Position numbers and translations under genes: made by a program | Assembly (NCBI GenBank): GCA_964518305.1 | Contig: CAZFDK010000004.1 | Coordinates: 42,986-106,985 of the forward strand | Direction of reading: 5' to 3' | DNA from: an uncultured Gemmatimonadota bacterium | GTDB taxonomy: Bacteria > Gemmatimonadota > Gemmatimonadetes > Palauibacterales > Palauibacteraceae | Length of the DNA stretch: 64,000 nucleotides | Shown here: positions 1 through 9,495 of the stretch, one piece after another | How the letters are laid out: each line of letters opens with the position of its first letter | Position numbering within the stretch: position 1 is the first letter of the stretch | The notes under the pieces: generated by a model | Databases searched by the model: none | The model's input: only the letters and a program-made list of their open reading frames with translations | Told to the model about the DNA's origin: nothing

Positions 1-1
1 G

Positions 2-253
2 TTCGACGAGCGGAATTCCTCGGTCAAGAAGATGATCCGCATCCTGATCCGGGATGCCCACGCCGCGGGGCGGACGGTGGGGATCTGCGGTCAGGCGCCC
101 AGCGACCACCCGGAGTTCGCCGAGTTCCTCGTCCGCGCCGGCATCGACTCCATCTCGCTGAGCCCGGATTCCGTGGTGGAGGTCACGCGCCGGGTGTCCG
201 AGGTGGAGGCCGAGCTGGATGCGACGCTGCAGCCGGCTCCAGGGATTCCGTAG
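2..253 (+). CDS. ppsA: Phosphoenolpyruvate synthase, C-terminal end (5' part outside window)
   Basis: Frame 2 reads FDERNSSVKKMI...VGICGQAPSDHPEFAEFLVRAGIDSISLSPDSV, the typical PEP synthase C-terminus. Confidence 0.85.
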   Translation, partial: FDERNSSVKKMIRILIRDAHAAGRTVGICGQAPSDHPEFAEFLVRAGIDSISLSPDSVVEVTRRVSEVEAELDATLQPAPGIP

Positions 254-319
254 CCGCGCCCGGCAGGAGCACACCGCGTCGTCGACGAGACGAGACATCA
301 CGGGAACGGGAGGAGCATC

Positions 320-1816
320 ATGAGCGACCGGACCGCCGAGCAGACCGCCAGCGGATCCCGGGGAGACGGAGCGCCGGGAGTGGAGAAGATCGACGAGTAC
401 CGGTGGCGCGTGCCCCGGCACGGATCCATGAGGGTGGACGGCCTCGTCTACGCAGACGACATCCTCATGCAGGACATCCGGGAAGACGAGGCCCTCGAGC
501 AGGTCTCGAACGTGGCCTGTCTGCCCGGCATCGTGGGCCACTCCATCGCCATGCCCGACATCCACTGGGGATACGGATTCCCCATCGGCGGCGTGGCCGC
601 CTTCGATCCCGCGGAGGGCGGGGTCATCAGCCCGGGCGGGGTGGGCTACGACATCAACTGCGGCGTCCGGCTCCTGCGCTCCGACCTGAAGGAGGAGGAC
701 CTCCGGCCGCGGCTGAGCGACCTGATGGACCAGATCGATCGCGATGTGCCCTCCGGCGTCGGGTCGAGCCACGCCGGGGGCGGCGTGGACCACAGGGACC
801 TGGTGGGCGTGCTCGAGCGGGGTGCCCAGTGGGCCGTGGAGGAGCGCGGCTGGGGCGTTCCGGCCGACCTGGAGCACATCGAGAGCCGGGGTCGCCTGGA
901 CGGGGCCGATCCCGACCGGTTGAGCGCACGCGCCATGGAGCGCGGACGGGATCAGCTCGGAACCGTGGGCTCCGGCAACCACTTCGTCGAGGTCGGCTCC
1001 GTCGAGGAAATCTACGACGACGCGGCCGCCTCGGCGCTCGGCCTCGAGCCCGGCACCGTGACCGTGTTCGTCCACTCCGGCTCCCGGGGTCTCGGCCACC
1101 AGGTGTGCACCGACTACCTGGAGACGATGCTCGACGCCGTCGAGCGGTACGACATCGATCTCCCGGACCGACAGCTGGCCTGCGCGCCACTGGAGTCGCC
1201 GGAGGCGAAGGACTACCTGGGAGCCATGGCCGCGGCGGCCAACTACGCCTTCGTGAACCGGCAGCGGATGGCCCACCTGGTCCGGAAAGCCTTCTCCCAA
1301 GTCCTGGGGAGGTCCTGGGAGGAGCTCGGCCTGGACATGGTCTACGACGTGGCACACAACAACGCCAAGTGGGAGACCCACACCGTGGACGGAGAACAGC
1401 GCCGGCTGTGCGTCCACCGCAAGGGAGCCACCCGGGCGTTTCCGCCCGGCCATCCGGACCTCGGGGAGGCCTTCGAGGACGTGGGGCAGCCGGTGCTGAT
1501 CCCCGGCGACATGGGCCGGTACTCCTACGTGATGGTCGGCACCGACCGCGCGTTCGAAGAGACCTTCGGCTCCAGCTGTCACGGCGCAGGCCGTCGAATG
1601 AGCCGTCGCGAGGCGAAGAAGCGGGCCGGCGGACGGTCGCTCCGGAAGGAGTTCAGGGAGCAGGGCATCGAGGTCCGGGCCGCCTCCACGGGCACCATCG
1701 CCGAGGAGATCCCGGAGGCCTACAAGGACGTCACGAACGTCGTGGACGTGGTCGACGCCGCGGGGATCGGCCGCAAGGTGGCTCGCATGCGACCGATGGG
1801 AGTGCTGAAGGGCTGA
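320..1816 (+). CDS. rtcB: RtcB family RNA ligase
   Basis: Motifs MPDIHWGYGFPIG, GVGYDINCGVR, GSGNHFVE, HSGSRGLGH, YDVAHN, HRKGATRAF, SCHGAGR, EEIPEAYKDV; SD GGAGG upstream. Confidence 0.95.
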   Translation: MSDRTAEQTASGSRGDGAPGVEKIDEYRWRVPRHGSMRVDGLVYADDILMQDIREDEALEQVSNVACLPGIVGHSIAMPDIHWGYGFPIGGVAAFDPAEGGVISPGGVGYDINCGVRLLRSDLKEEDLRPRLSDLMDQIDRDVPSGVGSSHAGGGVDHRDLVGVLERGAQWAVEERGWGVPADLEHIESRGRLDGADPDRLSARAMERGRDQLGTVGSGNHFVEVGSVEEIYDDAAASALGLEPGTVTVFVHSGSRGLGHQVCTDYLETMLDAVERYDIDLPDRQLACAPLESPEAKDYLGAMAAAANYAFVNRQRMAHLVRKAFSQVLGRSWEELGLDMVYDVAHNNAKWETHTVDGEQRRLCVHRKGATRAFPPGHPDLGEAFEDVGQPVLIPGDMGRYSYVMVGTDRAFEETFGSSCHGAGRRMSRREAKKRAGGRSLRKEFREQGIEVRAASTGTIAEEIPEAYKDVTNVVDVVDAAGIGRKVARMRPMGVLKG

Positions 1817-1884
1817 GCACGCCGGACACTGCGACGGACCGATTCGCGCACGCAGCGGGAGAACGTGAAAGGGGAGGAGCCGTC

Positions 1885-2349
1885 ATGAGCCTGGAACTCA
1901 GGTCGGAGGCTTTCGCCGATGGGGACACGATTCCCGTCCGACACACCTGTGACGGCGAGGACATCTCGCCGCCGCTGTCCGTGGGGGGAGTCCCGTCCGA
2001 GGCGGAGAGCCTCGCGCTGATCGTGGACGACCCGGACGCGCCGGCCGGGACCTGGGTCCACTGGGTCCTCTACGGTCTGACGGCCGAGGTCGGAGAACTG
2101 CCGCAGGGCGTTCCGGCCGACGCCGAAGTGTTGGACGGGGCCCTCCAGGGGGAGAACGACTTCGGTGACCTCGGCTGGGGAGGCCCGTGTCCGCCGCCCG
2201 GCGAAGAGCACCGTTACGTGTTCAGGCTGTATGCTCTGGACGGGACGCCGGACATGGAATCCGGTGTCACGAAGGAGGAGCTTCTGGAGGCCGTCGAGCC
2301 GATGGTCGTCGGGGAGGCACGTCTCACCGGGCGGTATCAGCGGTCCTGA
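1885..2349 (+). CDS. YbhB/YbcL family (PEBP, Raf-kinase-inhibitor-like) protein
   Basis: HTCDGEDISPPL, LIVDDPDAP, WVHW, GGPCPP, HRYVFRLYALD; ATG at 1885 with GGAGG SD; last third of track ORF 403..2349. Confidence 0.9.
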   Translation: MSLELRSEAFADGDTIPVRHTCDGEDISPPLSVGGVPSEAESLALIVDDPDAPAGTWVHWVLYGLTAEVGELPQGVPADAEVLDGALQGENDFGDLGWGGPCPPPGEEHRYVFRLYALDGTPDMESGVTKEELLEAVEPMVVGEARLTGRYQRS

Positions 2350-2423
2350 GCGAGGAGTCCGCGGCGGGGGACGCCGGCGGTGAGCCCGCCCGGCCCGGAC
2401 GGGAGGTCGCGGCTCCGGTTCCG

Positions 2424-3521
2424 GTGGCGGACTTTCACGTCCACACGACCCTCAAGCCGTACCTGTTCGCCCGGAGCCTCTGGCGCGAGACGCGATCCCC
2501 GCGATGCTTCTCGCCCTTCTCCTTCCGGACCGGACTCCCGGCCCTCCTTCGCGGAGGCGTCCGAACGGCGGTGGTCGCCCATCACGTGCCCGAGGAGGCG
2601 CTCTTCCGGGACAGTCGCCTCGCCCGGGTGGTGGGGCGGCTCCTCTCGCCCATGTATCCTTGGCTCCGGGAGGGACGTCCCTTCGCCAGGCTCGAGGAGA
2701 TGCTGGCGCTGCTGGAGTGGGAGGCGGGTCGTTCGCCCGAGCGGGTGACGGTGGCCCGTTCTCCCCGGGAGCTGAGACAGGCACGGCGGAGCGGACGGCT
2801 GGCGCTGGTCCACGGCGTGGAGGGGGCGCACGTCCTGGAGGGCGATCCGGGGAGGATCGATCGCCTGGCGGAGGCCGGCGTCGCGACGATGGTCCTGGCA
2901 CACCTGTATCCCAACGCCGTCGCGGCCGGCGTCGACGCGGTTCCGGACTACCCCCTGGTCCGAGCGCTGTCGGCCTTTCGCTTCGATCGGGACCGCGGTC
3001 CGCCGCTGACGGAGCTCGGCCGGGAGGTGGTCCGACGGATGGTCCGGGCCGGTATCGTCGTGGATGTCGCCCACGCGGCGCCGGAGGCCCGGCGCGCGAT
3101 TCTGGAGGAGGTGGGCGGCAGTCGTCCCGTGGTCGCCAGCCACGTCGGCGTGCGCTCGCTGCACGACCGCCCGTACAATCTCTCCGACGGGGAAGTCCGT
3201 GCCATCGCCCGGACTGGTGGCGCGGTGGGCGTGATCCTGATGCCCTTCTGGCTCACCGGTCGGCGGGGCCACGGGCTCGATGCCGTGTGGCGGACGGTCC
3301 TCCGGATCCGGGACCTCACCGGCAGCTGGCGGCACGTGATGATCGGCAGCGACCTCGACGGGTTCACGCGGCCGCCGAGGGCGGTGCCGGACGCCGGGCG
3401 GATGGGACGGCTGACCCGGCTGCTGGCCGAGCGCGGCGTGCCTCGGAGCGGGGTCCGGCTCGTGATGGGCGGCAACGCTGCGCGGGTGCTGGAGGACGGA
3501 TGGGACGGAGCGGGGTCCTGA
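2424..3521 (+). CDS. Membrane dipeptidase (peptidase M19) family amidohydrolase; start uncertain (between 2346 and 2424)
   Basis: DFHVH, HGVEGAH, VDVAH, ASHVG, YNLSD, IGSDLDG metal-site motifs. Confidence 0.75.
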   Translation: MADFHVHTTLKPYLFARSLWRETRSPRCFSPFSFRTGLPALLRGGVRTAVVAHHVPEEALFRDSRLARVVGRLLSPMYPWLREGRPFARLEEMLALLEWEAGRSPERVTVARSPRELRQARRSGRLALVHGVEGAHVLEGDPGRIDRLAEAGVATMVLAHLYPNAVAAGVDAVPDYPLVRALSAFRFDRDRGPPLTELGREVVRRMVRAGIVVDVAHAAPEARRAILEEVGGSRPVVASHVGVRSLHDRPYNLSDGEVRAIARTGGAVGVILMPFWLTGRRGHGLDAVWRTVLRIRDLTGSWRHVMIGSDLDGFTRPPRAVPDAGRMGRLTRLLAERGVPRSGVRLVMGGNAARVLEDGWDGAGS

Positions 3522-3522
3522 G

Positions 3523-3590
3523 GCCGGGAATCTCACCACACGCCCGTCCGGGCGATCCCGACAGATACCATCCGCCACGCGCGGCATCTT
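3523..3590 (+). promoter_or_regulatory. Phased-box promoter of the baeRF gene
   Basis: Boxes GCCGGG-AATCTC-ACCACA (3523-40) and CGTCCG-GGCGAT-CCCGAC (3545-62); -10-like CATCTT at 3585-90; gaps 44 and 22 nt. Confidence 0.65.
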
Positions 3591-3636
3591 GTTCGTCTTC
3601 GCCGCAGAGAGCGTTACCGACAGCCCGGAGGAGAGA

Positions 3637-4842
3637 GTGATCAGCGCGGACGCGTTCACGACCCGCCACGTCTCGGGATCCGACGTGGAGGAGCTGCTGG
3701 AGGACCGGGAGTCGCCGTGCCTGACGATCTACCTGCCCACGCATCGGCCCAACGACCAGGCGGACGCCGACCGCATCCAGTTCCGGGCGTCGCTGGAGAG
3801 GGCCCGCGAGCTGCTGGCCGAGCGCGACGACGCCGATCGGCTCACCGCGCAGCTGGAGGAAGTGGAACCGCTGGCCCGGGACATCGGCTTCTGGCGGAAC
3901 CAGGCCGACGGTTTCGCTCTCTTCCTGGCGCCGGGCTTCCGGCGGGCCTTCCGCCTCCCCGGCGACGTGCCGGAGCTGACGACGGTGGGGGACGCCTTTC
4001 ACCTCCTTCCCCTGATCGGGAGGGTGCAGGATCCCGACCGGTACTGGGTGCTCGAGCTGGGACAGGAGCGGGTGCGTCTCTGGACGGGAGACGCCGAGGG
4101 TGCGCGCCGTCTCAACCCCGAGGCGCTGCCGGTCGATCTCCGGGACGCCCTGGAAGTGGAGTTCGAGCGCGACGTGATGATGGTGCTGACGCGGAAGGAG
4201 AGGGACGGCAGCCACGGCGACCACGGCCGCGGCGGCGTCATGCCGGTCTTCCACGGTCACGGCGAGCGCGGCCCCGGGCGAGAGGAGAGGCTGCTCAGGC
4301 AGTACTGCCGCCGGCTCGACGACGCGCTGAACGAGGTGCTCGGGGAGAGCCGGGCGCCGGTGATCCTGGCGGCCGTGGGGGAGAACCAGGCCGTGTACCG
4401 CGAGGCGTCCCGGACGGAGCTTCTGACGGAGGAGGGCATCGAGGCGAACGTGCAGCACTGGTCGCCCGAGGAGGTGCACGAGGCAGCGTGGCCCATCGCA
4501 CAGAGCCAGGCGCAGAACACCGTGGACCGGGCGCTGGAGATCTGGGAGCGCGCCGGAGGCGGCGGGAAGGCGGAGTCGGACCTGGCCAACCTGAGCCATC
4601 TGGCCGCCCGCGGACGGATCCGTCTCCTCATGGTGGAGAAAGGGCGACGGGCCTGGGGGCGACGTGATCCGGGGACCGGTGACGTGGAGTTCGCACGGGA
4701 GGGAGGTGAGGACCCGAGCGGGGAGTCCGTGGAGATCCTGGACGCCGTGGCCCGGAGCGTGCTCCGGCACGGGGGAACCGTCCTGCCGCTCTCTCCCGAC
4801 CGGATGCCCGTCGGGAGCGGCGCGGCCGGGGTCCTCTGGTGA
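3637..4842 (+). CDS. Bacterial archaeo-eukaryotic release factor-like (baeRF) protein, candidate Balon/Rv2629-type ribosome hibernation factor
   Basis: PCLTIYLPTH, FWRNQADGFALF, GDAFHLLPL, PVILAAV, C-terminal eL30-like block (ILDAVARSVLRHGGTV); GTG at 3637 with GGAGGAG SD. Confidence 0.8.
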   Translation: MISADAFTTRHVSGSDVEELLEDRESPCLTIYLPTHRPNDQADADRIQFRASLERARELLAERDDADRLTAQLEEVEPLARDIGFWRNQADGFALFLAPGFRRAFRLPGDVPELTTVGDAFHLLPLIGRVQDPDRYWVLELGQERVRLWTGDAEGARRLNPEALPVDLRDALEVEFERDVMMVLTRKERDGSHGDHGRGGVMPVFHGHGERGPGREERLLRQYCRRLDDALNEVLGESRAPVILAAVGENQAVYREASRTELLTEEGIEANVQHWSPEEVHEAAWPIAQSQAQNTVDRALEIWERAGGGGKAESDLANLSHLAARGRIRLLMVEKGRRAWGRRDPGTGDVEFAREGGEDPSGESVEILDAVARSVLRHGGTVLPLSPDRMPVGSGAAGVLW

Positions 4843-4896
4843 GCGATCGCCGCCGCCGCGCGTGTCAGAGGGGTGGACGCGACCCCGGACCTCGCG

Positions 4897-5451
4897 CTAC
4901 CGTTGCTTTCCGTCCAGGACCGTGAGCACCGAGGCCACGTCCGAGCGGGGTGACTCCAGGACCAGCGTGATCGACACCGCTTCCAGGTTCGTCAGGGCCG
5001 CAGCGGCGGCGGCCACCCGAACCGGCCATACCAGGTCCAGGGCCAGGAGCCCGACCGTGGCCCCGATGACCAGGAAATAGGACGCCTTGGCGGTGAGGGT
5101 GTGGTAGGAGGGCATCTGCCCGAACTTCGTCAGGCTCAGGAGCCACGATGCGGCGTAGGTGGCGGGCACGAGAGCGATCCACGGCCACTCCCCGAGCAGC
5201 ACCTCCCACTCCAGCACGGCCAGACCGCCCAGCAGGAGGCCGTACATCACCATGTCGGCGATGCTGTCCAGCCGGGCCCCGAGCTCGCTTCGCTGATCCA
5301 GGAGCACCGCGAGCTTCCCGTCGAGCCAGTCGGTGGCCTCCAGGGCCAGGAACAGGTACAGGAACAGGTCCGACCGCCCGGCGAGGGCCAGGACGGCCAG
5401 GGCCGGCGCGATCGCCAGGCGGACGCTGGTGATGGCGTTCGGGAGGTTCAC
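4897..5451 (-). CDS. CDP-alcohol phosphatidyltransferase family protein
   Basis: NLPNAITSVR start and signature DWLDGKLA...GARLDSIAD; hydrophobic. Confidence 0.9.
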   Translation of the reverse strand: MNLPNAITSVRLAIAPALAVLALAGRSDLFLYLFLALEATDWLDGKLAVLLDQRSELGARLDSIADMVMYGLLLGGLAVLEWEVLLGEWPWIALVPATYAASWLLSLTKFGQMPSYHTLTAKASYFLVIGATVGLLALDLVWPVRVAAAAAALTNLEAVSITLVLESPRSDVASVLTVLDGKQR

Positions 5452-5668
5452 TCCGACCTCCGGGGGACGGCCAGCACCGGGCCGTGCGCGGAGCGGTCCG
5501 GATCGGCGCCCCGCACGTGCGACCGAACCGCCCGGTGCGACGGCTCCAGGGGGAGCCGGACGACGGCGCTTCGGAAGTCGGGCATCGGGCGGATCATCTC
5601 GTCGGGGCCGGGGGCCCTCCGGGCCGGCCGTTCGCAGTCGCAGGGTTCAAAGAATGTCTCCGTGACGG

Positions 5669-5686
5669 AGTGGGGCTCTTCCCGGC
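5669..5686. promoter_or_regulatory. Isolated palindromic box in the divergent CDP-alcohol transferase / cdsA region
   Basis: AGTGGG-GCTCTT-CCCGGC matches the 6-6-6 box, but no phased partner or -10 was found. Confidence 0.35.
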
Positions 5687-5752
5687 GCGAGCGGCGAACC
5701 GAAAGATGACCTGCCTCCGGGACTGCGACCATCCGCCGATCGGGCACCCGGC

Positions 5753-6760
5753 GTGAACCCCGTGCACGAGCTGTCCCAGCTCCTGGGTCTCGCGGAGGGC
5801 ACGACCCTGGTTCTGCTGGCGGTCGGGGGGGTGCTCCTCGCCGGACTCGTCAAGCGCGGGATCGCGGTCGTCCGGGACGAAGCTGCAACGGACGACATCC
5901 GTCGCTGGCGGAGCGTCTGTACCTGGACGGCCCTCTTCCTGGTGCTGGTCGCTGTGGTCAGCCTGGGCCGAGCCGCCGTCGTTCTCTGCGCGGGGGTCGT
6001 CTCGCTGCTCGCCCTGCATGAGGGACTGCGGCTCGCCGGGACGTCCGGACTGATCGGGATCGCTGCGCCCGGGAGCGCGACACTGTACCTGTGGGCGTGG
6101 GCCGACTGGACGGGTCTCTTCCTGCGGGCCGTCCCTTTCCTGGCCGTCGGGTGGCTCGTGGTGGAGCTGGCGGAGCACGTACGGACGGAGGACGGGATCA
6201 GTGACCTCGTGTCCACTGGGCGGGCGCTCCTCCTGACCGTCGTCGGCCCCTCCTTCGTGGTGGCCGTGGCTTCGCTCCCGGCGCCGAAGGAGCTTCCAGA
6301 CGCCGACATGGGGTGGCTGGTCCTCCTGGTGCTCCTCACCGCGGTGAATGATTCCGCCCAGGCCTGGTGGGGCCGCAGCTTCGGGCGACGCCAGTTGGCA
6401 CCACGGATTTCACCGGCGAAGACATGGCTCGGCCTGCTCGGCGGCGTCGCGACGACGACCGCGGCGTCCGTCGCGGTGGCCCCGATGCTGACGGCCTGGG
6501 GGCGTCAGCCGCCGCCCGCGGCGCCGGGACTGCTGCCGCCGCTGGCCTGGCCCGTGATGGTGGGCCTGCTGATCGGACTGGCCGGAACTGCCGGCGACCT
6601 CTCGGCCTCGGTCCTGAAACGCCGGGCGGGCGTTGACGACAGCGGGACGGCGCTCCCCGGCCACGGCGGGTGGATCGATCGGTTCGACAGCCTGGCCGTC
6701 TCGGCCCCCGTCTACTTCTGGTTCGCCTGGAGCCTCTGGTATGCTGGTCACTGGTACTGA
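5753..6760 (+). CDS. cdsA: Phosphatidate cytidylyltransferase family
   Basis: NDSAQAWWGR, ISPAKTW, GDLSASVLKR, DSGTALPGHGGWIDRFDSL. Confidence 0.9.
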   Translation: MNPVHELSQLLGLAEGTTLVLLAVGGVLLAGLVKRGIAVVRDEAATDDIRRWRSVCTWTALFLVLVAVVSLGRAAVVLCAGVVSLLALHEGLRLAGTSGLIGIAAPGSATLYLWAWADWTGLFLRAVPFLAVGWLVVELAEHVRTEDGISDLVSTGRALLLTVVGPSFVVAVASLPAPKELPDADMGWLVLLVLLTAVNDSAQAWWGRSFGRRQLAPRISPAKTWLGLLGGVATTTAASVAVAPMLTAWGRQPPPAAPGLLPPLAWPVMVGLLIGLAGTAGDLSASVLKRRAGVDDSGTALPGHGGWIDRFDSLAVSAPVYFWFAWSLWYAGHWY

Positions 6761-6868
6761 ACCTCGACGGCCGCGGCGCCTGCTGGTCGAGGATCCCACG
6801 GTCTTCCAGCCCGTGCGCCACGGCTGACAGGCGACGGGGCGTCCTGGCCCGACGCCGGTCCTCCGCAC

Positions 6869-7345
6869 TCAGACCAACCGGTAGCCCCAGCCCAGGATCA
6901 GCCCGTACAGAGAGTGCGCCGCGGCGGCGATGAGCGGCGTCCTGTATCCGTAGTTCAGGGCCAGGAACCCCGGCGGCTCCAGGGCCGCGGTGGGCTCAGG
7001 CCCGTGACGGTCGCTGGCCATGCGGGGATGCAGGCCGGGCAGCGCCGGGAGCGCGACGGCGAGAATCAGGAGCGCGTGGAAGAGCCCGAGACCGGCCCCG
7101 AGCCAGGCCGAGCTCTCGCCGACCCGGTGGAAGACGAGGACGTAGGGGATCGCGAAGATCCATCCCAGGAGCAGGTGCAAGCCGTATCCCACCAGTGGAG
7201 CCCGGTCGTGGTCGGGGGTGATCATCGTGCCCAGGAGGAGCGGCACGCTCATCCTGGACAGACCCAGGCCCTGGGCGAGGGACATCGCCGTCGTGAGGAC
7301 GAGGGTTGCGAGAAAGCCCCAGAGAAGCATCTCCGGAATGTTCAC
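6869..7345 (-). CDS. Conserved hypothetical membrane protein coupled to GH15
   Basis: About 4 TM segments, HPRMAS...EPPGFLALNYG motif; GTG overlaps the GH15 TGA (GTGA). Confidence 0.7.
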   Translation of the reverse strand: MNIPEMLLWGFLATLVLTTAMSLAQGLGLSRMSVPLLLGTMITPDHDRAPLVGYGLHLLLGWIFAIPYVLVFHRVGESSAWLGAGLGLFHALLILAVALPALPGLHPRMASDRHGPEPTAALEPPGFLALNYGYRTPLIAAAAHSLYGLILGWGYRLV

Positions 7346-9246
7346 GATGCCGCTTCCCCGAGTCCGGGTCGCGGAGGCCGGAGCTCCGGCTCCGCCTCGT
7401 CGGCCTCCGAGGCCCGGTTCATGGTCAGCGCCGTGTCGATGAGTCCCACGTGGGTGAAGGCCTGAGGGAAGTTCCCGAGGTGGGCGCCGGACTCCGGGTC
7501 GATCTGCTCGGCGAACAGTCCGACGTCGTTCGCGCGACGGCACAGGGCCTCGAACGTCCGCCGCGCGCCGTCGAGGTCGCCCTGCCGACAGCGACACTCC
7601 GCGGCCCAGAAGCTGCAAATCCCGAACGCGCCCTCGCCGCGCGGTAGACCGTCGTCGAGGTCGCGGTAGCGATAGAGGAGCTCCCCGGAGCCCAGCCTGT
7701 TCCGGATCGCGCGACAGGTGGACCTCATCCGGCTGGAATCCGGATCCGTGTATCCGTATCGGCTCAGCAGGAGGAGGCTGGCGTCCACGTGCTCTCCGCC
7801 GAGGGTGGCCGTGTACGACGACAGCGTCTCGCTGAATCCGCGGTCCTCGATCACGTCCCGGATCCGGCCGCGCTCCCGGAGGAACCGTCGGGTGGGAGCA
7901 TCGACGAGCCCTTCTCCGTCGAGCTCGAGAAGCCGGTCCAGAGCGACCCAGCACATCGCCTTGGAGAAGGTGTGGTGACGCCGCTCGCCCCGGATCTCCC
8001 AGATCCCCTCGTCGGGCTCCTGCCAGCGGTCACAGGCGACCTCGCCCAGGCCCACCAGCAGCCTCGCGGCGTCGCGGGAGATCTCACCCTCGCGGCAGGC
8101 GTACTGATAGGCGGCGTCGACGACCTCCCCGTAGGTGTCCAGCTGGAGTTGATCGGCGGCCCCGTTGCCGATCCGGACCGGTCGGGAGCCCCGATAGCCA
8201 TCGAGGTGATTCAGCTCTCGCTCGCGGGTCCTCCTGTTGCCGTACACGTCATAGAGCACCTGGAGCTCCGGCCGCGTCAGCCGCGTGCTGTGCAGCATCC
8301 AGTGCACGAAGGACCGGGCCTCCGGGGCGCGGTCCAGGTCCATGAGGACCTGGTAGATCAGGGACGCGTCCCGGAGCCAGCAGTATCGATAATCCCAGTT
8401 TCGGACTCCTCCGATCCGCTCCGGGAGCGATGTGGTGGGGGCCGCCACCACGGCTCCCGACGGAGCGAAGGTTAGGAGTTTGAGAACCAGGGCGCTGCGG
8501 ACCACCGCGTCCCGGTACCGGCCCCGGTAGTCGCACTCCCCGGCCCACTGGCGCCACCAGCGCGCCGTGCGACGGGCTTTGCGCCACGCTTCCGTCCCGA
8601 GGCCGGGGAGCACGGCCGGCTCGCCGCGGGCGTAGGTGAGCGCCAGGGCCCGGCTCTCGGACTCGTGCAGCACCTCCCGTCCCGCCAGCCCCGGCGAGGT
8701 TTCGCGCGGCTCCAGCGTGAGCTCCGAGCTCAGGACGAGGGCGGCTCCGCGTCCTCCCCCGCACCAGTACTCCCCACGCCGGCGCCTGCGGATTCGGGGC
8801 ACCTCCGTCCCGTAGTCGGGACGGGGATCGTAGACGACGTGGAGCTCGACCCGACCCTCGACGCACTCCGTCAGCCGGATCAGCTCGTGCTCGGGGAGGA
8901 GCTCTCGCCGCTTCACCGCCTCGGAGGTCACCGGCATGAAATCGAGGAGCCGCAGCCGGCCGGAGTCGGTCGTGAAGGTCGTCTCGAGCACGTTCGTGTC
9001 CGGCAGGTACCGGCGGTGGACGTCGCGCACCCCGGCCGGCCGGACGACGAAGCGGCCGCCTCGCTCGCGATCCAGGAGGGCGGCGAACTGCGACGGCGAG
9101 TCGAAGCTCGGCAGACAGAGCCAGTCCAGGGAACCGCCGCGGCTCACGAGGCCGGCAGATCGGGAGTCGCCGATCAGCGCATAGTCCTCGATCGGCGGGT
9201 ACTCCGCGCGCCCCACGGCCTTCTCTGTAGCTTGACGGCCTGTCAC
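7342..9246 (-). CDS. Glycoside hydrolase family 15 (trehalase-like)
   Basis: PIEDYALIGD, DWLCLPSFDS, RNWDYRYCWLRD, QLDTYGE, DEGIWEIRG, LFAEQ, GNFPQAFTH; GTG start at 9246 inferred. Confidence 0.92.
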   Translation of the reverse strand: MTGRQATEKAVGRAEYPPIEDYALIGDSRSAGLVSRGGSLDWLCLPSFDSPSQFAALLDRERGGRFVVRPAGVRDVHRRYLPDTNVLETTFTTDSGRLRLLDFMPVTSEAVKRRELLPEHELIRLTECVEGRVELHVVYDPRPDYGTEVPRIRRRRRGEYWCGGGRGAALVLSSELTLEPRETSPGLAGREVLHESESRALALTYARGEPAVLPGLGTEAWRKARRTARWWRQWAGECDYRGRYRDAVVRSALVLKLLTFAPSGAVVAAPTTSLPERIGGVRNWDYRYCWLRDASLIYQVLMDLDRAPEARSFVHWMLHSTRLTRPELQVLYDVYGNRRTRERELNHLDGYRGSRPVRIGNGAADQLQLDTYGEVVDAAYQYACREGEISRDAARLLVGLGEVACDRWQEPDEGIWEIRGERRHHTFSKAMCWVALDRLLELDGEGLVDAPTRRFLRERGRIRDVIEDRGFSETLSSYTATLGGEHVDASLLLLSRYGYTDPDSSRMRSTCRAIRNRLGSGELLYRYRDLDDGLPRGEGAFGICSFWAAECRCRQGDLDGARRTFEALCRRANDVGLFAEQIDPESGAHLGNFPQAFTHVGLIDTALTMNRASEADEAEPELRPPRPGLGEAAS

Positions 9247-9495
9247 CGGATGTCCACCGCCTTCAACTGCCGTCCACAGCAACCGACCGTGGGAGCGTGG
9301 CTCCCGACAGGACCGAACGCAACGAGCCGGCGTTTGAGGTCCATCGGAGCCGGGGGCACTCTGTCTGCCCGAACGATGCGGCTCGGCGCGCGGGCGCGCT
9401 GCGATGCTGCGATGCTCCGGTGCGTCGCCCGTCCCGGGCCGGCGCGATGAGGGCGGGAGACCGACGGCGTCCACGCTACGAGCAGGGAGAACGTA

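Noticed and set aside
403-1884. Long N-terminal extension on the YbhB protein
   Set aside because: It is an out-of-frame overlap with rtcB; a proper SD and ATG exist at 1885.
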